Origin: a virus
Virus record (IMG/VR): IMGVR_UViG_3300027759_003534
Coordinates: 96,001-160,000 of that record
Strand: one strand, 5' to 3'
DNA length: 64,000 bases
A program made the position numbers and the translations under genes. The notes below the pieces were generated by a model. It was not told where the DNA came from, made no database searches, and saw nothing but the letters and a program-made list of their open reading frames with translations. Within the stretch, counting starts at the first letter, position 1; every line of letters begins with the position of its first letter. Below, in pieces: positions 30,962 through 40,987 of the stretch.

Positions 30962-32181
30962 CATTACCACACGATAAATTCTGCGTACTACCTTGGATTA
31001 GTTTAGAAACTAGTCCCGTAGGTACTGTACGTCCTTGTTGTCTAGCTGAAGACGAACTGGTAGACAATGCTGGAGATAAGTTTAATCTAGCCACGGCTGA
31101 GTTTAGTACTATACAAAACAGCCACGGTATGCGTCGGTTGCGTCAAGAGTTCATTGACCGGAAACAGCCACAAACATGCCGCAAGTGCTGGAGAGAAGAA
31201 CGTGCAGGCCGCACTAGTAAACGTATGCATACCTTAGATCGTTTAAAGCACATGTTGGATCACGTAACAGACTGGACCGTAGACGCCAAGCCCTTGATGT
31301 TTTTAGATCTCAAGCTGGGTAACATATGTAACTTAAAATGCCGCATATGCGGATCATGGAGTTCAAGTACATTTGCCGCAGAGGAACTGGCCAATCTAGA
31401 ACCCACGGAAGATCGTAAAACAAATCATCATTATCAAATGCTACGTCAAGGCGCTTGGCCCAGAGAAAATCTCAAGTTTTGGTCGGAGATAGCTCAGGTA
31501 AGCGATCAAATTGAGTATATAGAGTTTACCGGCGGTGAACCCTTTATGATACAAGAACACTTTGACCTGTTGCAGGACCTGGTAGATCGTGACCTAGCCC
31601 AGAACATAGAAATACACTACAACACCAATGGTACACAATACCCTGAGCAAGGCCCTGAGATATGGCGCCACTTTCAGCATGTAGAAATAGCCGTCAGCAT
31701 AGACGATGTGGGTGATAGATTTGAATATCAACGCTCAAATGCTCTTTGGGCAGAAGTAGAAGCCAATATAGCCCGTTTTAAAACTCTACGTAGCCAACAT
31801 TCTAATATGACTCTACAGGTATGTAGCACAGTGAATGTGTTTAACGTGTATTACTTGCCAGAACTGGCCAAATGGAATTATGCACAAGGATTTGACTATG
31901 TGTATTGGAACATGATGCACGAAGCCTACTACTTTAGCGTCAGCACATTGCCCGAAGCCGCAAAAGCAGATATTACTGCAAAACTACGCACCGGCAAGAG
32001 CGACGTTGCGCAAGAATTTGAACGTATCATTAACTTTATGAACAACGGTGCCAGCCTGGATGGGAAACTGTTAAGAATGAAAATAGCTGATCTGGATCGC
32101 AAACGTGGTCAAGACTTGAGAACTGTAGAGCCAGAATTTGCTGAATTAATAGGATACAATGGACCCAATGGCAACATCTGA
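30958..32181 (+). CDS. Radical SAM / twitch protein (copy 5)
   Basis: CNLKCRIC and TGGEP; FCVLPW...RPCC...CRKCW; GTG start overlaps the upstream stop. Confidence 0.85.
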   Translation: MTLPHDKFCVLPWISLETSPVGTVRPCCLAEDELVDNAGDKFNLATAEFSTIQNSHGMRRLRQEFIDRKQPQTCRKCWREERAGRTSKRMHTLDRLKHMLDHVTDWTVDAKPLMFLDLKLGNICNLKCRICGSWSSSTFAAEELANLEPTEDRKTNHHYQMLRQGAWPRENLKFWSEIAQVSDQIEYIEFTGGEPFMIQEHFDLLQDLVDRDLAQNIEIHYNTNGTQYPEQGPEIWRHFQHVEIAVSIDDVGDRFEYQRSNALWAEVEANIARFKTLRSQHSNMTLQVCSTVNVFNVYYLPELAKWNYAQGFDYVYWNMMHEAYYFSVSTLPEAAKADITAKLRTGKSDVAQEFERIINFMNNGASLDGKLLRMKIADLDRKRGQDLRTVEPEFAELIGYNGPNGNI

Positions 32182-33463
32182 TCGACTGTGTTTAGCACCC
32201 TGGGTCCATACATATCTTAGTCCACAAACCGAAAGGCGCATGTGCTGTGCCAGCAGAGAACCTGCACAGGCATTTGAACAGTATATAGATACTGTTGCAG
32301 GCACAGGTACATACCACCCTACAACATTAGAAGCACACTGGAACGGCGATCACATGCGCAGTGTAAGACGGCGCATGATGGCCGACGAAACTTTACCTGA
32401 ATGCGCTGTGTGCAATGAACAACTGCTTAATACCGACGTGTACCGTAGCTACTTTAACCGTATGTTTGGGCACTTACGCAATGACATTTATGCTAAAACA
32501 GATGATACAGGGTCAACTACTATGCAACCTGTATCATGGGATTATCGCTTCAGTAACCTATGTAACTTTAAGTGCCGTACGTGCGGGGATATGTTAAGTA
32601 GTAGTTGGGAGTCAGAACAACGTGCTAACAACATGATCAACTGGTCTAACCCAAAGAATAACTGGATGCTTCCAGAAGTACGTGAAGAAATAACTCGGTT
32701 TCAAGACAGTCAAATTGAGCAAGAGTTTAGTCAAGCAGTAGAAGAACACCGTGTAGAAGAAGTATATTGGGTAGGCGGCGAACCTTTGATGTATGAACAG
32801 CACTGGCGCTATATGCGTCGCATAATTGAATTAGGAGATGGACCACGTGTTTACGCAAGATATAATACTAACCTTAGTCGGGTTAATTATAGGGGTATTG
32901 GGTTGTATACTGATATTCTTGCCCATATTCGTGATTGGCAAATCTGCGCCAGCCTCGACGGAACAGGACCAACAGGAGAATACATCAGAACGGGATTGGA
33001 CTATGTGGATTGGCTAGCTAACTTTAAACAAGGGTTAGAACTAGCACAAACACGTAGACAAATGCGTATAGACTTTACGCTAACATTACCTGGCTTGTTC
33101 GAAGTTCATAATATCCAACAATTAGCTGAAGAGCTTGATGTAGACATTTTAGCCAAAGTAGTATTCAGCTTCTCCCCAGATATCATTATGAGCCCACTTG
33201 CACTACCCAGAAAGTTATTAGACAAGACCGTGGATCGTATAATAACTCAACTACCCAACGGTGCTTTACGAGATGTATTACTACAGTTAAAACGTAGGCC
33301 CGTGTTTACCGAACAATGGAACCACGGCGAAGCCGCAGCGCAAATTGCAGTAGGAAAAAAACGTATATTACAGTTAGAACAAATCCGCGGAGACACATTG
33401 ACTTTACAAACAATATTAAATCAAGACCCAGAAATAGGAGCATGGTATGACAGCATTGCTTGA
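32159..33463 (+). CDS. Radical SAM / twitch protein (copy 6)
   Basis: CNFKCRTC and VGGEP; LCLAPW...RMCC...CAVC. Confidence 0.85.
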   Translation: MDPMATSDRLCLAPWVHTYLSPQTERRMCCASREPAQAFEQYIDTVAGTGTYHPTTLEAHWNGDHMRSVRRRMMADETLPECAVCNEQLLNTDVYRSYFNRMFGHLRNDIYAKTDDTGSTTMQPVSWDYRFSNLCNFKCRTCGDMLSSSWESEQRANNMINWSNPKNNWMLPEVREEITRFQDSQIEQEFSQAVEEHRVEEVYWVGGEPLMYEQHWRYMRRIIELGDGPRVYARYNTNLSRVNYRGIGLYTDILAHIRDWQICASLDGTGPTGEYIRTGLDYVDWLANFKQGLELAQTRRQMRIDFTLTLPGLFEVHNIQQLAEELDVDILAKVVFSFSPDIIMSPLALPRKLLDKTVDRIITQLPNGALRDVLLQLKRRPVFTEQWNHGEAAAQIAVGKKRILQLEQIRGDTLTLQTILNQDPEIGAWYDSIA

Positions 33464-34478
33464 TCAAATAGAGTTGGACTTAGAAGATCTCACTGTGTAC
33501 ATTGATGTTTACGATAACAGTCTAGCACGTCGTTGGTTAACTGCTTTAAATGCAGTATTAATCAATAACTTGCATCTTGAAAAAAACTACTGCTTTTTAG
33601 GTTTTGCAGAAGGGCCGCGCCAGGGTGAATTACTCATTGCAGAGATTAATCGCAGTATCAGTGCAATTAATGCCAGTGCTGTAGACTATGCAATAGATCA
33701 TACCTTTACATTGGCTCAAAGCGTAGACTCAGAGGGTGGAGTTAATCACTCAGAGTTTAATCTACTACATCGTTACTTTGAAGACTTACAGGGCACTGCT
33801 AGTAGCCCTAGTCCTTTGTATGCAACCGCTGATTCTACCACACGCTGGCATATACGTCAGTTAAACTTACTATGTCACGAGTTTGAATCTTGGCAACTTA
33901 GTTGGCGCAAGCTACACACAGCACCAGAATGGATGCGTCCCAGCCAACTCATGTGTTGGCTAAATGCTCCACGCTACACACTGGACCGAGAAGATTTTGA
34001 GCTGTTTGGCGTAGACACCATTAACAGAAGCTTGGGTGGTGTGTATGCAGGTGTTAACAAGGCCGTGGGCAAGCACCATTGGGAAGTGTTCCAGGATGAA
34101 GGGCGCGACAGTAGGATAGGTGAATTAACCACAACCAGCTTGGCCGCACAAACCTTGGCCTGTGCAGACTTTGATATAGAATGGGCCAACAATCCTGGCG
34201 CATATCATTGGCAGATAACGCGGTTAAAACAGTTCCGTGAATGGTTAACTGCAAACGGCTGGAACCCAGAAGATCCCGCCCTTACTATAGGACATCCCAA
34301 GATTGGTCAAGTTGACTTGCGGCGTAGTTTTGGTACAGAAGATTATTGCGAAATCTGGGCTCAGTTAAATACTCGTTTAAATGTGTCAGCCGTACGTACT
34401 AGTACAGCACAAGCTGTTTACCCGTATTCATGGACTGATGCAGACTATGCTCAACAACAAATAAAGGAACTCAAATGA
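33447..34478 (+). CDS. Hypothetical protein
   Basis: 343-aa ORF overlapping the last radical SAM gene; no motif recognised. Confidence 0.7.
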   Translation: MTALLDQIELDLEDLTVYIDVYDNSLARRWLTALNAVLINNLHLEKNYCFLGFAEGPRQGELLIAEINRSISAINASAVDYAIDHTFTLAQSVDSEGGVNHSEFNLLHRYFEDLQGTASSPSPLYATADSTTRWHIRQLNLLCHEFESWQLSWRKLHTAPEWMRPSQLMCWLNAPRYTLDREDFELFGVDTINRSLGGVYAGVNKAVGKHHWEVFQDEGRDSRIGELTTTSLAAQTLACADFDIEWANNPGAYHWQITRLKQFREWLTANGWNPEDPALTIGHPKIGQVDLRRSFGTEDYCEIWAQLNTRLNVSAVRTSTAQAVYPYSWTDADYAQQQIKELK

Positions 34479-34576
34479 ACTGGATTCGTAACATATACAA
34501 CCAAATTAAACTAGAGATACGCTATCGTAAGAAGCTGAAAGAACTGCGCAAGAGAGACCCGTTTATATACAAATGA
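34475..34576 (+). CDS. 33-aa basic peptide (not in ORF track)
   Basis: MNWIRNIYNQIKLEIRYRKKLKELRKRDPFIYK*, with ATGA overlaps to both the upstream gene and the carbamoyltransferase. Confidence 0.7.
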   Translation: MNWIRNIYNQIKLEIRYRKKLKELRKRDPFIYK

Positions 34577-36045
34577 AACTGGCACCCAATCAATATATCT
34601 TGGGCATCAGTGCAGGCTACCACGATGCGGCTGCTGCAGTAGTTGATGTACAGGGCAATGTAGTGTTTGCTGCTCACAGTGAACGTTATAGTAAATGTAA
34701 GAATGATCCTAACATTGCCAGTGGCCTACTAGCAGAACTGTGTGACTACCAGTATGCCACAGTGGCCTACTACGAGCGTCCGTGGTTACATAACCTACAA
34801 CAGTTGTATTCAGGACAACGCATACTAGGACCGTGGACCACCCGCGGCGCATTACAACAGCATCTAGGTGCCTGGTATCACAAGCCTGCAGATCGTGAAG
34901 TCAGCTACCCACATCATTTAAGCCATGCAGCTGCAGGATTCCAAACCAGTCCGTTTGAACGTGCCACAGTAGTAGTAATAGATGCTGTAGGCGAGTTAGA
35001 TACCGTGAGCATATATGGCGCTGAGTATGACCGACAGGGTCGTGCCGTATATAAAAGACTTTGGGTACAACGTTACCCACGTAGCATAGGCCTGTTTTAC
35101 AGTGCTGTTACGCAACGTGTTGGACTTGACCCCATGCATGAAGAGTACATAACCATGGGCATGGCTGCATATGGCGAACCCTGCTATGTGGAAGAGCTTA
35201 GAGCCCTACTAGACGAGAACTTACATGTGGGTTTAGACCCAGAGTTCTTGCCCAATGCCAAAGATACAGATATCGCTGCCAGTGCCCAGGTGCTTGCAGA
35301 ACAATTGATATATAACATAATGCGTCGTGCTAGAGATTTCAAGTGGAGTACTAACTTGGTCTATCAGGGCGGTGTTGCACTCAACTGTTTGGCCAATAGA
35401 AACTTAGGTGATTACTTTGAAAACGTTTGGATTATGCCTTGCCCTGGCGACGCTGGCTCTAGCCTTGGCGCTGCTGCCTTGGCCTACGGAAAGCAACTTT
35501 GCTGGAACAACGCATTCCTTGGTCAAGAAATCGCTGGAGACTATCCCGTTGATGCCATCTGTGATAGCTTACAGCATGATAGAATCTGCGGTGTCGCTAG
35601 CGGTCGGGCAGAGTTTGGACCCAGAGCTCTTGGAAATAGAAGCCTACTGGCAGACCCCCGCGGACCAGATATAAAGGAGTTAGTAAATCGAATCAAACGT
35701 AGACAACAGTTTAGACCCTTTGCACCAGTCATTTTGGAGGAGCATGTGGATCAGTATTTTGACTTGCCAGGTGGTTGGGTTGACAGTAGGTATATGCAGA
35801 TCGTTGGTCGTTGTAGGCATCCTGACCTATTTCCTGCTGTTACCCATGTTGATGGCACCAGTCGCGTACAGACTGTACCGGCGGATGGATCAGGAATCAG
35901 ATGTTTACTAGAAGCCTGGTATGCTAGAACAGGATGTCCCATGCTGTTGAACACCAGTCTTAACATACGTGGCGAACCCATGGTCAACGACCGTGCAGAT
36001 GCTGATCGTTTTGAACAACTGTACGGTATAAGGGTACACAGTTAG
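34573..36045 (+). CDS. Carbamoyltransferase, NodU/CmcH (TobZ-like) family
   Basis: 'ILGISAGYHDAAA', 'HHLSHAA', 'IDAVGE', 'EFGPRALGNRSLLADPR', 'FRPFAP', 'LLNTSLNIRGEP'. Confidence 0.92.
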   Translation: MKLAPNQYILGISAGYHDAAAAVVDVQGNVVFAAHSERYSKCKNDPNIASGLLAELCDYQYATVAYYERPWLHNLQQLYSGQRILGPWTTRGALQQHLGAWYHKPADREVSYPHHLSHAAAGFQTSPFERATVVVIDAVGELDTVSIYGAEYDRQGRAVYKRLWVQRYPRSIGLFYSAVTQRVGLDPMHEEYITMGMAAYGEPCYVEELRALLDENLHVGLDPEFLPNAKDTDIAASAQVLAEQLIYNIMRRARDFKWSTNLVYQGGVALNCLANRNLGDYFENVWIMPCPGDAGSSLGAAALAYGKQLCWNNAFLGQEIAGDYPVDAICDSLQHDRICGVASGRAEFGPRALGNRSLLADPRGPDIKELVNRIKRRQQFRPFAPVILEEHVDQYFDLPGGWVDSRYMQIVGRCRHPDLFPAVTHVDGTSRVQTVPADGSGIRCLLEAWYARTGCPMLLNTSLNIRGEPMVNDRADADRFEQLYGIRVHS

Positions 36046-36046
36046 C

Positions 36047-36781
36047 ATGGACCGCGCCGTTATATTTGTGGGTGACAGCTACTGTGCCACTACAGACCAA
36101 AGCACCTATGATTTTAGCGGACGACCGCGGCATCAATGCTACGTTAAAGATAGCCCTGGGCATCCGGCCTTGGTTAGTGAACACTACCGAGCAGAACTGG
36201 TGTGCCATGGCTATTGGGGTAAAAGCTGGTGGTATAGTCGCCACCGGTTGCAACAAGCACTCAAACAGGATCCAGGCCTGTTGGCCCGCACTAGAGCTGT
36301 GGTATTTTGTCATACAGATTCGGGTAGAATAAACAGCTCCAATAAAGATCTAACTGTAATGCACTTTCCACGGCTGTATGATCCTGTCAGGCAGAACATG
36401 CCGTATGATCCAGGACTGGCTGACGCAAGCCGGTTGTGGCTCATGCACCTCCACGATTATGAATTCCAGGACTGGGCACAACAGCAGTACTTTCGCGAAC
36501 TGGCACGCGAATACAGCACAGTAAAGACCATACACTTTCATTGTTTTAAGCACACGGTCCAGTACAGTGACTTGTTACCGGGCATGGTATACACTACTCC
36601 GCTGATAGAGATCTCTAAGAGAGAATCTGGTGCAGACGAGAGAAGTTTTGTACAAGATGGCAGAGCCAACCACATGAACGCACACAACAACCGGGCCCTA
36701 GCCCAGGTTATTATCAGTGCTATAGACAACTATAGTCCTGGACTACATACAATCAACCTAACAGGATTCGACCTCATATGA
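36047..36781 (+). CDS. SGNH/GDSL hydrolase-like protein
   Basis: N-terminal 'VIFVGDSY' and C-terminal 'ANHM'. Confidence 0.5.
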   Translation: MDRAVIFVGDSYCATTDQSTYDFSGRPRHQCYVKDSPGHPALVSEHYRAELVCHGYWGKSWWYSRHRLQQALKQDPGLLARTRAVVFCHTDSGRINSSNKDLTVMHFPRLYDPVRQNMPYDPGLADASRLWLMHLHDYEFQDWAQQQYFRELAREYSTVKTIHFHCFKHTVQYSDLLPGMVYTTPLIEISKRESGADERSFVQDGRANHMNAHNNRALAQVIISAIDNYSPGLHTINLTGFDLI

Positions 36782-36823
36782 AACCAGTATTCCCTATACC
36801 CACCGCTCAGGACTGCCGCTAGC

Positions 36824-37489
36824 ATGTACTTTCATCACAATAATCAAGTGGCCTGGCTCAGCATAGCTAAAAACGCATGTCGTAGTTGGGAGCGGGTGTT
36901 TGACAATCTGGGCTGGGTCAAAGAAGACCTGTGGAAACCTACTGTGGATATTGCACAGTTGGAGTTCTTTGGATTACTACGTTGGCCCACTGTGAGACAC
37001 ACCATGGGTGTGATTGAGTTTCTGGAGCAGACTGGTCAGTTGGCCCTGTTGCACAACCCTGAAGTGAATCGCTTGCTGGTGTCAGCTGTGTTTGATCAGC
37101 ACAGCTATACAGTGAGTCAGATGATACCAGCCCACATTGTCGAACGTACCACATGGTTCATAATTGATCAGGTCAATTGGGACTACGAGCAACTGGTACA
37201 AAACTATCTACACAGCCATGGAGTAGAAATTGCCGTTCCTGTGCCTAGAATCACAGATGCTAGACCCACCACTCGACCTGGTCGAATCGAGCTGACCAAG
37301 CTGAAACAAAAATACAGCGATGATTATGCCCGGTTGGTAAAAAACTTCTTGGATGCAGATATTAAACTGTATGAACGCACAATAGGGATACAATATCTGC
37401 ACCGTGGCCCTACACAGTCCCGTCTGGAATCGGTCACCAGGTCGGAATTTTATCCTTGGCTAGCCGCTGAAGACTGGCTTCAATCCTGA
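36824..37489 (+). CDS. Hypothetical protein, possibly sulfotransferase-like
   Basis: 'AWLSIAKNACRS' weakly resembles the 'xHIPKxAGTS' PAPS-binding motif; last + strand gene before the convergence point. Confidence 0.35.
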   Translation: MYFHHNNQVAWLSIAKNACRSWERVFDNLGWVKEDLWKPTVDIAQLEFFGLLRWPTVRHTMGVIEFLEQTGQLALLHNPEVNRLLVSAVFDQHSYTVSQMIPAHIVERTTWFIIDQVNWDYEQLVQNYLHSHGVEIAVPVPRITDARPTTRPGRIELTKLKQKYSDDYARLVKNFLDADIKLYERTIGIQYLHRGPTQSRLESVTRSEFYPWLAAEDWLQS

Positions 37490-37493
37490 CAGA

Positions 37494-38528
37494 TTATAGA
37501 TACTGTTCCAGTCCACCGCGGCGGCGTAGATCCTGTGTACAGCATGAAATGCCACCGTCCCAGAAGTAACTATGTCGCAGTTCACTAATGATGGGTTCAA
37601 TACCGTGGCTCCTACAGAAGTCAAACACTGGCTTGTTATAAGCACTGAAGATCACATTAGATTCATCCAAGACCAAGCAGTTGACATCAAACACTGTTTC
37701 GGCCACAAAGCCGGTCCACTTTGACAGGTAGGTATCTACGAAACTAGTAAATTCTGGCGTGGGTGTTGACCCTTGCACATACCATGCTCCTGGACTAGTT
37801 TCATACTTGAACTTGCCCACTTCCATGGCCGCCCATATGCTCGAATCCCACACCTTGCATACCGACCAACCTGGAAAGTCTCTGGCCAGATCAAGATGCA
37901 TGTCGTGTTTACTGCTTAATATAACACCCGGCTTGAGGATAGCAAATACAGCATCTCCGTGTCCGTCTGTTACTGCTTCGTGTATACGATAACGCGAATC
38001 CAGCACATTCGCCACTATCCAAGCTGTCTGTTCCGGTCGCAAATAGTCACTATTATCAAAGAACACATCGCGCCCTACACGTACTATACAACTAGCTGAC
38101 GCACCATTTAATATGCAATCAGTATCCCACGCTGACCTGTGTGGGTTAACAACTTGATCGCCAAAGTCTGCACATATTCGATCCAGTTCCGGCATGGCCA
38201 ATACACGCAACAAACGATCACCCAGACTTATCTGCCAATCACGCGGAGTCAAGGGCGGTAGCGGGGCTCCTGAACCTGCAGTCTGATGCCATACAAATGA
38301 GTCTTTGCTGGGCAAGTCCGGACGACGTACACGGGCACCATAAGTCTCTATAACGCGACTTAATGCATCTAAATCTTCTTCAGTTTCGGCTAATATTTGT
38401 TGCAACTGATGCCGCACTTGAGCATTGTCAATAAAGTCAAAATAGTCAGGACTATATGCCCGCCCTACTATGACTTCTTCAAGCGGTTGCCAACTGGTAT
38501 AACTGCTGATTCCTTCGGTATTATTCAT
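37494..38528 (-). CDS. Amidinotransferase (second copy)
   Basis: 'SSYTSWQPLEEVIVGR', 'PPLTPRD', 'DGHGDAVF', 'FWDGGISCCTQDLRR'. Confidence 0.8.
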   Translation of the reverse strand: MNNTEGISSYTSWQPLEEVIVGRAYSPDYFDFIDNAQVRHQLQQILAETEEDLDALSRVIETYGARVRRPDLPSKDSFVWHQTAGSGAPLPPLTPRDWQISLGDRLLRVLAMPELDRICADFGDQVVNPHRSAWDTDCILNGASASCIVRVGRDVFFDNSDYLRPEQTAWIVANVLDSRYRIHEAVTDGHGDAVFAILKPGVILSSKHDMHLDLARDFPGWSVCKVWDSSIWAAMEVGKFKYETSPGAWYVQGSTPTPEFTSFVDTYLSKWTGFVAETVFDVNCLVLDESNVIFSAYNKPVFDFCRSHGIEPIISELRHSYFWDGGISCCTQDLRRRGGLEQYL

Positions 38529-39732
38529 TGTGTAATCTTTCGTATAAGCTATTTAAACGATCATATTTACTGGCCAAAAATAATGCTTGATTATGTTCTA
38601 AGTCCCGTACACAGCTATTATACAGTGTAGTAGGATCTACTAGTAGTAGTTTGCGTATAGTAGCGATTACAGCTAGATAACGCTGAGTATTATCCGCAAT
38701 ATGATCATATGAATTATCCAACACTGTGTCAAAGGTTCTATAGCCCATACGACGTAAACTAGCAAGCGATCCTGCTGGTGCAAACAACACAAACGGGTGA
38801 CCATGCTTGATACACTTAAAGGTCTTTTCGGTTAGGAAAGCACCGCCCGACCCGTCGGCATCAAAGTGAGTTTCTAATATGATACTACACGCTGTAGACT
38901 CATAGTGTTGTGCTACGTGTTGACTGTGATCATTGTGCTGTGTGCTATCAAGCGCATCACATGTGTAAGGACCTGCTGTTAAGAACTTTTCTATATCTGA
39001 CCGTATATCTAGTGTATCAAGCTCGACGGGACAGTCTTCTATACGATCGCCTACTGTTATGGCTGTATTATAGCTCCACACAGCTGATCGCAACAATTCC
39101 TGGCGTTTAAGGTCCGTTACAACCGACGCTCGCCACCACTTGTGCGATCTAGACAATAATAAAAAACTTGACCTCATGGGAACCCCGGTTTTAAGGAATT
39201 CTGGCTGTTTTGCTGGTATTTGACTATTTCTCATATAATATAATAACTCATGATCTGCGAAGTGTACACAGCGTTCTATAGCATCTGCTGCTGTGTTTCC
39301 TGACACTAATCTATATACGTCCACGGGCAAGTCGTTCTTGATACATAGAGCATCTAACCGTTGTTTTATCCTTTTCGGGTCATCACCTTCATGATAATAA
39401 AATAATATCCTTAGGTTGCGTGTATTATCTGCTAATACGCATTTAATGTCGGGCGGTAACAGTGCTACATAGTCTATCTCAAAACAAAAGAACCCAAACT
39501 GTACAGGATACCAGTGTCGCGCAGTATTAGCACTGTGCAAATACTCAAGGGTAGTCTTTAACTCAAAAAGATACCCATGCGCTTCACAGTGTGTGATCAA
39601 CTCAACAGGTACTGTATACGGTCGATATTGTGAAAACTCACGCCAACTCTGTGTATACGGTTCAGCGGCATGAACAGCTAGATTGGGATATGCTCGCCCA
39701 CGTTGGATACGATCTACGACAAATCTGAACAT
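38521..39732 (-). CDS. GT-B / GT10-like glycosyltransferase-like protein (copy 2)
   Basis: 'SIILETHF...FLTEKTFKCIKHGHPFV...GYRTF..VLDNSYD'. Confidence 0.45.
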   Translation of the reverse strand: MFRFVVDRIQRGRAYPNLAVHAAEPYTQSWREFSQYRPYTVPVELITHCEAHGYLFELKTTLEYLHSANTARHWYPVQFGFFCFEIDYVALLPPDIKCVLADNTRNLRILFYYHEGDDPKRIKQRLDALCIKNDLPVDVYRLVSGNTAADAIERCVHFADHELLYYMRNSQIPAKQPEFLKTGVPMRSSFLLLSRSHKWWRASVVTDLKRQELLRSAVWSYNTAITVGDRIEDCPVELDTLDIRSDIEKFLTAGPYTCDALDSTQHNDHSQHVAQHYESTACSIILETHFDADGSGGAFLTEKTFKCIKHGHPFVLFAPAGSLASLRRMGYRTFDTVLDNSYDHIADNTQRYLAVIATIRKLLLVDPTTLYNSCVRDLEHNQALFLASKYDRLNSLYERLHNE

Positions 39733-40985
39733 AGGGTCTTTAACATTTGCTTTAATTCAACCTCTAGCACATCCCTGAATCCACCACGGTAGAAATGGTT
39801 CCAGTTGTGCTCTACTACAGGCAAAAGATCTTGTTGCAGTTGCTTTTTCGCAGCAGCGCTTCGCGCATCTATCTCTAGTAATAGCTGGGCCACGGCCTCG
39901 ATTCTTAGCACTGGGTCAGTTATGGTATCGTAGGTTTCATCTATATACGGAGCAAATGTTCTAAATCCGTATTCTCTCAAGTATTCGAGACTGTGTGCGG
40001 GTGCTACCAGAACAAACGGCATTTCTAATGCTATTGCTTTGAATGTTTTTTCTGTCAAGTGAGTTCTGCGCCCAAAATACACTGTTTCAGTGGGCACATA
40101 TATCATACTGTCGGCCGCTTCGGCCCAGTTGCCCAATTGATAACTGTGCATCAGTTGTTCTGCTTCGCCCTCAAATGTACAGGGCAAATCAGCCTGTTTA
40201 AACACTTGCTCTATGTCGGGATATATGTTATTATACTTGCTAGCCACTTGGCTTATATCTACACCTTCGTACTGGCAGAATCTTGGTGCTGATATATGGT
40301 TATGTTGCAGGTTGTTTTTGAATATGTTATAAAGGAATAGCACACGATGATCTCTTTTACCACCCACAATACGATTGGGACTCATAAAGGTCTGTTGTGG
40401 ATCTCGATCTCTTGCACGGGCTATTAAATATGTTTGATCATATCCGCGGAACCAATCTAAACAAGCCCATCCGTGATAAAAATAATAGTGTGCTGTCCAA
40501 CCGTATTGTTTGGTCAATTCTTCAACATATTCGCCCTTTTCTGACACTACAATATGTCCCAAGTTAAACAGTTCGGTATTGTGTTTTCTAAACTCGGTAA
40601 ATTTATCACGGCTATTTCTATAAAAATCAATAGCATTGCTGGGCTGACTCATAATAGCTTGTTTGGCCTGTGCTTGATAGTCAGTATCGGGCCAGTTTAA
40701 TCTGGGGTTAACTAGGTGATCTGCAATGCTGTTTTGAGATAATATTAAATCGTAATTTCTCAACAGCACTTCGTCAAATAACGGTTTAAAAATGTCCAAA
40801 TGTACAGGTTCTTGATCGTGAAAGTATATGTAATCAGTTTCTACTGCATCATCACTGCCCATGTTAAATAAACAATCAGGGCTGGTATTGCCCGGTGGAT
40901 CACAAAAAAATACTCTAGTTCCAGATTTATTTTGCTCTATCCAGGGCCAGAAAGTATTGTTGTATATTTCGTCTATTCTAATCAT
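39714..40985 (-). CDS. GT-B / GT10-like glycosyltransferase-like protein (copy 3)
   Basis: 'YVPTETVY...HLTEKTFKAIALEMPFV...GFRTF..YIDETYD'. Confidence 0.45.
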   Translation of the reverse strand: MIRIDEIYNNTFWPWIEQNKSGTRVFFCDPPGNTSPDCLFNMGSDDAVETDYIYFHDQEPVHLDIFKPLFDEVLLRNYDLILSQNSIADHLVNPRLNWPDTDYQAQAKQAIMSQPSNAIDFYRNSRDKFTEFRKHNTELFNLGHIVVSEKGEYVEELTKQYGWTAHYYFYHGWACLDWFRGYDQTYLIARARDRDPQQTFMSPNRIVGGKRDHRVLFLYNIFKNNLQHNHISAPRFCQYEGVDISQVASKYNNIYPDIEQVFKQADLPCTFEGEAEQLMHSYQLGNWAEAADSMIYVPTETVYFGRRTHLTEKTFKAIALEMPFVLVAPAHSLEYLREYGFRTFAPYIDETYDTITDPVLRIEAVAQLLLEIDARSAAAKKQLQQDLLPVVEHNWNHFYRGGFRDVLEVELKQMLKTLCSDLS

Positions 40986-40987
40986 TT

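Noticed and set aside
36778-36826. Short ATG...TAG ORF before 36824 as possible amber readthrough or recoding
   Set aside because: The 14-codon ORF is in a different frame from 36824, so readthrough would not join them. Long genes are intact under the standard code, and TAG is used as a stop (for example at 56914).
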